A stretch of DNA of 52,848 bases from Pseudomonadota bacterium. Lineage in GTDB: Bacteria; Pseudomonadota; Gammaproteobacteria; Burkholderiales; Methylophilaceae. Numbering within the stretch: the stretch's first letter is position 1; the number at the start of each line of letters is the position of its first letter. Location: NCBI GenBank assembly GCA_040387535.1, contig JAZKDM010000007.1, positions 32,956 to 85,803 of the forward strand, read 5' to 3'. A model generated the notes under the pieces. It did not search any database, was not told the DNA's origin, and was given only the letters and a program-made list of their open reading frames with translations. A program made the translations under genes and the position numbers. Shown piece after piece: positions 1 through 7,442 of this stretch.

Positions 1-253
1 TTAAATTCTGCTTATTTGGACAAGCCAATAAAGCACTTTTGACTGATACTAAAAATGGATTGCTCTCAGTTTGATGTTTACTAACAACGCTATTTAGCTT
101 TTCAACATCGACTTTAAGTTGATTGAATAGTAGGTTTTGATTCAAGCCATAATATGCAAGTTTCTCGGCAATTTCCTGCTCGCTATAGCTGATTTCAACT
201 TCAAAAGCTGGCGTTTCATGTTCAGCTAATGTCGGGTGTGTAGGTATATTCAT
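1..253 (-). CDS. Partial CDS of unknown function (5' part; runs off the left edge)
   Basis: ATG at 253 opens a frame (MNIPTHPTLAEHETPAFEVEISYSEQEIAEKLAYYG...) with no stop before position 1; 43 bp downstream of the HD-GYP gene on the same strand. Not in the ORF track. Confidence 0.6.
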   Translation of the reverse strand, partial: MNIPTHPTLAEHETPAFEVEISYSEQEIAEKLAYYGLNQNLLFNQLKVDVEKLNSVVSKHQTESNPFLVSVKSALLACPNKQNL

Positions 254-296
254 TGATAGTTATAATTGTTTTGAGTTATTACTATAAACAATGAAT

Positions 297-1889
297 TTAT
301 AAATAAAAATCATCTGGACTTAATCCGTAACTATCTGGTGCTAGGCTGTGTGTAATTTTATAAGGTTCGCCAGATGGTGTGTTTGGATTATTTAGTAAGT
401 TAAGAATGATTGGCACCTCATAGCGGACTTTGTCTGGATCTAACAGCAGCATTAAACGCGGTAACAATCTTCTAACTTGATTTTGCTGGATAACCACGGC
501 TACTTCGCCTGTATTTAGCTCGACTAAAGAGCTGACTGGATACATCCCCATAAACTGTACTAGCTGATCAATCAGCTCTCTGCTAAATTGCTTGCCACTT
601 AAATGATGAATTTCATCAAGCGCTTGCTGGTGAAATACACCTTTTGCATAGCTTTTATGGCTGGTAAGGGCGCAATAGGTGTCAATTAAACCCGCTGCTT
701 GAGACATTAAACCAATTTGATTTTTTTTAAGCTGGTAGGGGTAGCCGCTACCGTCAATGCGCTCATGATGTTGTGCCACCAAAAAAATCACGCTATTGGG
801 AATATTGGGCGTGGTTTCTAAAATTTTAAGGCTTTCATCCACATGTTTTTTTGCGTGCTCAAACTCTTCATGTGTAAGTTTGCTTTCCTTTAGTAAAATA
901 TCAGACGATATTTTGACTTTACCGACGTCTTGCAATAAGCCAGCTAAGCCTAGTTCTTTAATCTGTTTTTTTGATAGCGCTAAAAAGTTACCGAACGCCA
1001 TTAAAGTAATTGATACATTAAGCGCATGATTGTAGGCATAATCATCGGTTTTTTTAAGCTTGGCCAGCCATAACAGCGCATCTGGTGTTCGCCCAATACT
1101 TTCCACCATACTATCTAAAACTTCGCTAACAGCAGTTAAATCTAAATGCTGTTCATTGGCAACTGTTTCAAAAATATCTCGCGTCGCGATTTGAGACTGC
1201 TCATACACTTGCACAATCGCAGCTATTTCTATTTCTACTGGTAGCTCTTCTTCAAAAATTGTAATTTGGTAATCGGCATCTTGCTCATCTTCATTTTTTT
1301 TATTTGTAGCGATAGCTTCAGCAGTGTTTTTAAATTTATCGCGCTTAAATAAGCCGCCAATAAATCCGCCAAAATCTTTTGCTAATTGTTTAACACCAGA
1401 GCTTTGTTCAGAGTCATTGGATTCAAAGGGTAGTGCTTCTTGTACAGCAGTGCTAGCGCCATAGCGTAGCTTGTAAATCGTGCCTGCATTGTTAGCTGAT
1501 TCTGTATTTTTTTGAGATTGGGTTTTAAGATCAGTTAATACATCAAAAAAAGAAACTTTGTTTGATGTGTTGGCTTTATCAGCCACTTTTGAATTGCTAG
1601 ATTTGTTATCAGTCTTTACTGCGCTAGGCTCTTTGAGTTTAACTACAGAGCCTTCGCGTTTAATTGCCACGCTTTGTTTTGCTGGCGATACATATTGATT
1701 CCCGGTTGACTTTGTGCGATCAACATAGACAAAGGCGCAAGTTGCCATCAAGGTATCAATATCGGCTTTATCTTCCAGCAAAAAGCCTTGCAACATAAAA
1801 GGCGTACCAATCCAAGGCCTGTCTAGTTCGGCAATATACATGCCGATAACAAGCCGATCTACTTCTACTTTTTCTCTTTTTAAATCCAT
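297..1889 (-). CDS. HD-GYP domain protein with N-terminal DUF3391-like domain (degenerate HD motif)
   Basis: N-terminal IGMYIAELDRPWIGTPF; C-terminal HHERIDGSGYP and GMYPVSSLVELNTGEVAVV; the expected LLHDxGK reads LLQDVGK. Confidence 0.88.
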   Translation of the reverse strand: MDLKREKVEVDRLVIGMYIAELDRPWIGTPFMLQGFLLEDKADIDTLMATCAFVYVDRTKSTGNQYVSPAKQSVAIKREGSVVKLKEPSAVKTDNKSSNSKVADKANTSNKVSFFDVLTDLKTQSQKNTESANNAGTIYKLRYGASTAVQEALPFESNDSEQSSGVKQLAKDFGGFIGGLFKRDKFKNTAEAIATNKKNEDEQDADYQITIFEEELPVEIEIAAIVQVYEQSQIATRDIFETVANEQHLDLTAVSEVLDSMVESIGRTPDALLWLAKLKKTDDYAYNHALNVSITLMAFGNFLALSKKQIKELGLAGLLQDVGKVKISSDILLKESKLTHEEFEHAKKHVDESLKILETTPNIPNSVIFLVAQHHERIDGSGYPYQLKKNQIGLMSQAAGLIDTYCALTSHKSYAKGVFHQQALDEIHHLSGKQFSRELIDQLVQFMGMYPVSSLVELNTGEVAVVIQQNQVRRLLPRLMLLLDPDKVRYEVPIILNLLNNPNTPSGEPYKITHSLAPDSYGLSPDDFYL

Positions 1890-2100
1890 CGTATCAAGCT
1901 ATTAAATAACATGTAGTCACACAATCGATTAAATTGTTAAGTGTTGTAATCTGCCTTAGACATATTACACGAAGCGATAATAAATGATAACGAAACACAA
2001 GTGAATAGCTAGTTTGGGCCTTACAACATTTGTTTACAATTTAGCTGAAACCTAATAAATTGAACAGTGTCGCGTTTAAATTGGTTTTATGGCTCAAGCT

Positions 2101-2967
2101 TTAGTTTAAAGATAACTCAAGTGAAAGTTGTTGATAAAATCCCAGTCGAGTTGTTGATATTTTATCGGCTTTAACGGCGTTAAGCACCGCACAATCTGGC
2201 TCATGTGAGTGGCTACAATTGTTAAAGCGGCATTTGCCTAAATAAGGTCTAAATTCTTTAAAAGCCAGTTCGATTTGCTCATTTGATAAATGATTTAAAC
2301 CAAACTCTTGCAAGCCTGGTGAGTCGATTAAGCTGCTGGTTTCGTCTAGATGGTATAAATGTGTGGCGGTTGTAGTGTGTTTGCCGCTATCAAGCACGGT
2401 GCTAATCTCTTGAGTTCTTACATTCATATCAGGCAATAATGCATTGATTATAGTAGACTTTCCCATTCCAGATTGGCCGACTAACACACTTTGGTGATTA
2501 GCTAAATATTGTCTGATGATATGAATATCTTGTTTGGCAGATAAATGCACAACTTGATAACCTAGGTCTGTATATAGTTGAAGCTTTGATTTTGCGTTAT
2601 CAATATCAGGCAAATCACATTTATTTAAAACAATTAATGGCGCAATATTGGCTGCTTCTGCCGCAATTAAACAACGATTTAATAAGGCTTCATAAAAGCT
2701 GGGTTGGGTGGCTAATACAATCACAATTTGCGTAACATTAGAGGCGAGTATTTTGCTTTTGATGGCGTTGCTGCGGTAAAGCAGGCTGTTGCGTGGCAGG
2801 CTAGACTCTACTACGCCTTCGGCAGTTGCCGTGAGCTTGATAATAACTTGATCACCGCACGCTAAATCATTTTTTTTGCCACGCGTAACGCAACTAATGC
2901 GTGTTTTATCAGCAAGCTCAACTTCGTAACGCTTGCCGTAAGAGGATACAACTAGACCTTGCGGCAT
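2101..2967 (-). CDS. rsgA: Ribosome small subunit-dependent GTPase A
   Basis: Circularly permuted GTPase motifs NKCD, GQSGMGKS, GKHTTT, DSPG; C-terminal Zn finger CRFNNCSHSHEPDC. Confidence 0.95.
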   Translation of the reverse strand: MPQGLVVSSYGKRYEVELADKTRISCVTRGKKNDLACGDQVIIKLTATAEGVVESSLPRNSLLYRSNAIKSKILASNVTQIVIVLATQPSFYEALLNRCLIAAEAANIAPLIVLNKCDLPDIDNAKSKLQLYTDLGYQVVHLSAKQDIHIIRQYLANHQSVLVGQSGMGKSTIINALLPDMNVRTQEISTVLDSGKHTTTATHLYHLDETSSLIDSPGLQEFGLNHLSNEQIELAFKEFRPYLGKCRFNNCSHSHEPDCAVLNAVKADKISTTRLGFYQQLSLELSLN

Positions 2968-2991
2968 TAATGGGTGATTTTCAAAAAGGGG

Positions 2992-3312
2992 TTAACGTTC
3001 AAATTTATAGTAATTCTGATTTAGATAGCCTGCAGCATTTAATTCTTCATCGTCAAACCATTTTAAGCCAAGCATGGTGTTGCAATTACGCACTTGCGCC
3101 AGCAAGCCTTTTGAAGACTTAACCAGTGTATTTTCGCGGGTGTAAATAGCAGAGCCATCGCCGCCAAAACTGCTAGCGTGACAGCTAATGCAATGTTTCT
3201 CAACTAAGGCTTTGCCAGCATTAACATCGGCTTTCGCAAAAAACTCATTTGCCTGTGTATTGAAACAGCAGAGTAAAAGTGCAAAGAATATCCAATTTTT
3301 AAACATATTCAA
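2992..3312 (-). CDS. Small periplasmic monoheme cytochrome c (green heme protein-like)
   Basis: Signal peptide, CISCH heme motif, extra Cys in QVRNC, C-terminal LGLKWF...YLNQNYYKF; GGAGGA RBS upstream. Confidence 0.85.
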   Translation of the reverse strand: MNMFKNWIFFALLLCCFNTQANEFFAKADVNAGKALVEKHCISCHASSFGGDGSAIYTRENTLVKSSKGLLAQVRNCNTMLGLKWFDDEELNAAGYLNQNYYKFER

Positions 3313-3339
3313 TATTCCTCCGCGTAACGTAATCAGTTG

Positions 3340-4590
3340 CTAACTAGTATACGCCGCTAATTTTGAAATACGAATGCTAGCCGGCGGATGTGAATCATAA
3401 AAAGCAGAATGCAGTGGGTCTGGCGTCAAAGTGGATGCATTATCACGGTACAACTTAACTAAGGCTTCAACCAAATGTTTGGCATCTGCATGCTTGGCGG
3501 CATAATCATCCGCCTCAAACTCATTTTTGCGTGAGTAGCTGGCCATTAATGGACGCAACAGGAATAAAAATATAGGCGATACCAATAAAAATAATAACAA
3601 AGCCATATGATTGCTCATTTCTGTAACGCCTAAGCCATTGTAAAACCAAGTTTGGTTCATTAACCAGCCTAGCAATGCTAAGCCAATAAAGCTCATAAAA
3701 AACAACATGGCGATACGTTTAATCACGTGATGGTGTTTAAAATGACCAAGCTCATGTGCAAGAACGGCTTCAATTTCTTCTGTATTCAAGCGGCTTAATA
3801 AGGTATCAAAAAACACCACACGTTTGCTACTACCGAAACCAGTAAAGTAGGCGTTGCCATGACCTGAACGGGTAGAACCGTCCATTACAAACAAGCCTTG
3901 CGATTTAAAACCGCATTTTGTAAGTAGTGCTTCTATGCGTGTTTTTAATGTCTCATCAGCCAATGGGGTAAATTTGTTAAATAGTGGTGCAATAAAAGTA
4001 GGGTACACCGCTAGCATAACGATGTTAAATACGCTCCAAATTACCCATAAGTAAAACCACCAATATTCGCCTGCACCTTGCATTAACCACAAAGCGGCAA
4101 ACAAAATGGGTGCACCAAGCGCTAAACCAACCAAGCTGTGTTTAAGCATATCGCTAAAAAACATGGCAGGTGTCATCTTATTAAAGCCAAATTGCTCATC
4201 AATAGTAAAGGTTTTGTAATAATCAAACGGGATATCAATTAAGCTGCTGACCAGCATGGCTGTACAAATCACCAACGCACCGCGAATAATTTCGTTAGCA
4301 GGCAATAAATTAAACCAAGTGTTATCAATCAACTGCAAGCCACCGCCAATAGTGAGTATAGCCAACAATAATGCTTGGGCACCTGCTTCAATTAGTGCTA
4401 ATTTAGTTTTGGCGGCAGAATAATCTGCCGCTTTTTGGTGTGCTTCTAAACTTATGTTGCCTGCAAATGCCACTGGCACTGCACCACGATGTGCTTGCAC
4501 ATGATTAATATGACGCGAACCTAGCCAAATGCGAATGGCCGTTGTTGAGATAAGCAAAAAAATGAAAACAAAAGTTAGTGTAGATGCCAT
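3340..4590 (-). CDS. M48 family (Ste24-like) membrane zinc metalloprotease
   Basis: HELGH zinc motif, NAYFTGFG, EFEAD, SHPP and several TM helices; ATG at 4590 preferred over the upstream TTG. Confidence 0.93.
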   Translation of the reverse strand: MASTLTFVFIFLLISTTAIRIWLGSRHINHVQAHRGAVPVAFAGNISLEAHQKAADYSAAKTKLALIEAGAQALLLAILTIGGGLQLIDNTWFNLLPANEIIRGALVICTAMLVSSLIDIPFDYYKTFTIDEQFGFNKMTPAMFFSDMLKHSLVGLALGAPILFAALWLMQGAGEYWWFYLWVIWSVFNIVMLAVYPTFIAPLFNKFTPLADETLKTRIEALLTKCGFKSQGLFVMDGSTRSGHGNAYFTGFGSSKRVVFFDTLLSRLNTEEIEAVLAHELGHFKHHHVIKRIAMLFFMSFIGLALLGWLMNQTWFYNGLGVTEMSNHMALLLFLLVSPIFLFLLRPLMASYSRKNEFEADDYAAKHADAKHLVEALVKLYRDNASTLTPDPLHSAFYDSHPPASIRISKLAAYTS

Positions 4591-4729
4591 ATATGCGTTG
4601 ATTAGCAAGAGACTTAATCGCTAAAAACCTGAAAAGTTAAATATAATGATATTGTGAAGCATTTGAGCGCTATACGTTCAACTTAAGTGCAAAAATAGTG
4701 CAACAATTCAAACATTTTAATCGTATTTA

Positions 4730-5314
4730 ATGGAAATCATGATGACCGCTTTAAGCAACAATACAGACAATTTAAAATCAAACGACAACTTAATTTGGTT
4801 AGACATGGAAATGAGCGGATTGCTACCTGACAGTGACCGTATTTTGGAACTTGCCGCGGTGGTAACCGATGCCGATTTAAATGTATTAGGTGAGTCGCCA
4901 GTGTTGGTTATCCATCAAGCCGATAGCGTACTAGACGGCATGGATGCTTGGAATAAAGGTACACATGGCCGCAGTGGCTTGATTGAAAAAGTTAAAGCGT
5001 CTACTTTAGATGAGCAAGCGGCAACTGAGCAGATGATCGCTTTTTTAAAACAATATGTGCCAGCAGGGAAATCGCCCATGTGCGGTAATTCAATTTGCCA
5101 AGATAGGCGCTTTATGGCGCGCTATATGCCAGATTTAGAAAGCTTTTTTCATTACCGTAATTTAGATGTTAGCGTATTTAAAGAGTTAGCGCGTCGCTGG
5201 AAACCAACCATTTATTCAGGCTTTAAAAAAGCCAGCAAGCATGAAGCCTTAGCTGATATTTACGAATCAATTGATGAGCTTAAATATTATCGTGAACATT
5301 TTATTGTTAAGTAA
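4730..5314 (+). CDS. orn: Oligoribonuclease
   Basis: [44 protein letters not shown]. Start may be a few codons downstream. Confidence 0.96.
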   Translation: MEIMMTALSNNTDNLKSNDNLIWLDMEMSGLLPDSDRILELAAVVTDADLNVLGESPVLVIHQADSVLDGMDAWNKGTHGRSGLIEKVKASTLDEQAATEQMIAFLKQYVPAGKSPMCGNSICQDRRFMARYMPDLESFFHYRNLDVSVFKELARRWKPTIYSGFKKASKHEALADIYESIDELKYYREHFIVK

Positions 5315-5345
5315 GTAGTTCTAAATTATTGAAAAAACGCTAGGC

Positions 5346-5379
5346 AAAAAAAGGGGGCATAACGATTAGGTTATACCCC
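5346..5379 (-). terminator. Intrinsic terminator (candidate sRNA and probably glgA)
   Basis: GGGGTATAAC-CTAATC-GTTATGCCCC stem-loop followed by C and T7 on the minus strand. Confidence 0.85.
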
Positions 5380-5411
5380 TAGGGAGGAGAAGTTAGCTTT
5401 GGAGAAGCTTA
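5346..5411 (-). ncRNA. Putative sigma-54-dependent small regulatory RNA with anti-SD (CUCC) motifs
   Basis: Minus strand reads UAAGCUUCUCCAAAGCUAACUUCUCCUCCCUAGGGGUAUAACCUAAUCGUUAUGCCCCCUUUUUUU: hairpin AGCUU/AAGCU with CUCCA loop, CU-rich linker, terminator. A -24/-12 promoter lies immediately upstream. The 5' end is inferred from promoter spacing. Confidence 0.65.
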
Positions 5412-5421
5412 ATTACATATA

Positions 5422-5438
5422 AGCATCAGCTGTGCCAA
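5422..5438 (-). promoter_or_regulatory. Sigma-54 (RpoN) -24/-12 promoter
   Basis: TTGGCACAGCTGATGCT versus consensus YTGGCACGnnnnTTGCW; GG (5436-5435) and GC (5424-5423) are separated by exactly 10 nt. Confidence 0.7.
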
Positions 5439-5447
5439 CTTTTTACC

Positions 5448-6908
5448 CTATTGCGTTGATAGTGTTTTTTCATACAAATCTAAATAAAACTGTGCGCTAA
5501 AAGCCCAACTGACTTCGCGGCTCATGCCGTTTTTCTGAATTTTACGCCAGTCTGTTTTGCTCTTCCAAATTTCTAATGCGCGTTGAATTGTGACCAAAAG
5601 TGATGCTGATGTGACAGATTTCAACACAAATCCAGTCGCCGTATTATTCTTAAATGTTGCATCATTGGTATCCGTTACTGAGTCCGCCAATCCGCCTGTA
5701 GCCGTTACAATTGGCGGTGTTCCATAGGCTAGCCCATATAATTGATTTAAACCGCAGGGCTCAAAACGCGATGGCATAATGAAGGCATCTGCCCCTGCCA
5801 TAATGTTGTGCGACAGATGTTCGTGATAACCGATATTCATGCTGACTTGGTCAGGAAATCGCTCTGCTAAATCGGTAAAACTTGCTTCTAGTGTTTTATC
5901 GCCGCTGCCTAAAATAACAAACTGACAACCCTGAGTAATAAGTTGCGGCATGATGGATGGCAATAAATCTAGGCCTTTTTGATGGGTGAGCCGACTGACG
6001 ATGCCCAATAAAGGGGCGTTTGCATCAATTTGAAGCCCTAGTTGCTGTTGTAACATTTTTTTAACAGTGGTTTTACCTGTAATGCGCTGACTGCTGTAAT
6101 TTTTAGGGAGATGCGCATCAAGCTCTGGATTCCATTCTTGCGTGTCAATCCCATTTAAAATACCCGTTAAATCGTTGCTGCGCGTTTGTAGCAGGCCTTG
6201 CAAGCCAAAGCCAAAGGTTTCGGTTTGAATTTCTTCGGCGTAAGTCGGGCTAACAGTACTTAGTTGATCGGCATAAAAGAGCCCAGCCTTTAAAAATGAA
6301 ATTTGTTCAAAATACTCAAAACCATTGATTTGAAAATGGGCAGCAGGTAGCTCAAGCCTAGTGAGCCAATTGGCATGAAAGTTACCTTGAAACGCTAAAT
6401 TGTGAATGCTGAAAATAGACTTGGTTGAAGAGTTGTCCAAGAGTTTCATATAAGCAGGTGCTAAGCCTGTTTGCCAGTCATTACACTGAATCAAATCAGG
6501 CTGCCAATCAGGTAACGGGCTGTTTGCGCTGCAAAGCAAGCTTGCCACGCGTGATAGCACACCAAAACGCAAGGCATTATCTAGCCAGTCTTTGCCATTT
6601 TCATCCGAGTAGGGGCCGCCCGCGCGTTCATACAACGCTGCGTTTTTAATCGCAATTACATCTAAATCGGTATCAGGCATCTTACCAATCAAAATACTGC
6701 ATGTTTCGCCAAGCACATCAATATTGGCAATGGTTTCTATATTTTTTAGTTTAGCTAAAACCGCGCTGTAGCCAGGCATCACTAGCTTAATATCACCTTC
6801 AAACGTGCTTAACTGGCTAATCGCTTTGGGTAATGCACCGCTAACATCAGCAAGGCCGCCAGTTTTAATCAGAGGGAAGGCTTCAGAGGTGGCAAATAAA
6901 ACGCGCAA
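5448..6908 (-). CDS. glgA: Glycogen synthase
   Basis: RVLFATSEAFPLIKTGGLADV, IHNLAFQG, SRLTHQKG, PSRFEPCGL. Homology begins at TTG 6908 with GAAGAG upstream; the ORF-track extension to 7118 overlaps crcB. Confidence 0.95.
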   Translation of the reverse strand: MRVLFATSEAFPLIKTGGLADVSGALPKAISQLSTFEGDIKLVMPGYSAVLAKLKNIETIANIDVLGETCSILIGKMPDTDLDVIAIKNAALYERAGGPYSDENGKDWLDNALRFGVLSRVASLLCSANSPLPDWQPDLIQCNDWQTGLAPAYMKLLDNSSTKSIFSIHNLAFQGNFHANWLTRLELPAAHFQINGFEYFEQISFLKAGLFYADQLSTVSPTYAEEIQTETFGFGLQGLLQTRSNDLTGILNGIDTQEWNPELDAHLPKNYSSQRITGKTTVKKMLQQQLGLQIDANAPLLGIVSRLTHQKGLDLLPSIMPQLITQGCQFVILGSGDKTLEASFTDLAERFPDQVSMNIGYHEHLSHNIMAGADAFIMPSRFEPCGLNQLYGLAYGTPPIVTATGGLADSVTDTNDATFKNNTATGFVLKSVTSASLLVTIQRALEIWKSKTDWRKIQKNGMSREVSWAFSAQFYLDLYEKTLSTQ

Positions 6909-6984
6909 AATATTCTCTTCAAATAAATGGATATATTGCCTATTATAGTGGTTAAGTACATTATTTTTAAACTGAAAGCGAAAT

Positions 6985-7374
6985 ATGGCGGCAGGAAAGT
7001 TCGTAGCAATACAATGGCTAGCGGTAGGCGGCGGCGCGGCTTTAGGGGCTTGGGTACGTTGGGGCTTAGGTGTTGCGCTCAACGCCAGTATGTTGCCTCT
7101 GGGCACCTTAATCGCCAATTTAGGTGGTGGTTTGCTAATGGGCGTAGCATTGGCTTATTTTGTGACAACGCCGCATCAAAATGAATTGCGCTTATTTGTG
7201 ATGACAGGATTTTTGGGTGGCTTAACCACTTTTTCAGCCTTTTCAGCAGAGGCGTTTAATTTTCTGCATAAACAACAATATGCTTGGGCCTTTGGTCATA
7301 TTGCCAGCCATGTGATTGGTAGCTTGTTAATGACTGCCATCGGTTTTATGTTAGTGCAGTATTTTAAACATTAA
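6985..7374 (+). CDS. crcB: Fluoride efflux channel Fluc/CrcB
   Basis: GGAALGAWVR, GTLIANLGG, TGFLGGLTTFSAF; four TM helices. Confidence 0.94.
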   Translation: MAAGKFVAIQWLAVGGGAALGAWVRWGLGVALNASMLPLGTLIANLGGGLLMGVALAYFVTTPHQNELRLFVMTGFLGGLTTFSAFSAEAFNFLHKQQYAWAFGHIASHVIGSLLMTAIGFMLVQYFKH

Positions 7375-7380
7375 TTAATT

Positions 7381-7425
7381 TAGACGTTAAAAAGCCCAGC
7401 ATTTAGCTGGGCTTTTTAACGTCTA
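7381..7425. terminator. Bidirectional intrinsic terminator between crcB and rne
   Basis: Perfect 20-bp inverted repeat TAGACGTTAAAAAGCCCAGC-ATTTA-GCTGGGCTTTTTAACGTCTA between convergent genes. Confidence 0.9.
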
Positions 7426-7442
7426 TTGCTACTAAATGCTAA

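Noticed and set aside
1890-2100. c-di-GMP riboswitch or operator upstream of the HD-GYP gene (TGTAAT-N13-ATTACA at 1945-1969)
   Set aside because: No GEMM-like motifs seen; 6-8 bp inverted repeats in AT-rich DNA are expected by chance.
6909-6984. Fluoride riboswitch upstream of crcB
   Set aside because: The gap is only 76 bp, AT-rich, and lacks the GGCGAUGG-type core.
6909-7118. 70-aa N-terminal extension of glgA in the ORF track
   Set aside because: It overlaps crcB on the opposite strand; GlgA homology starts at TTG 6908, which has a plausible RBS.
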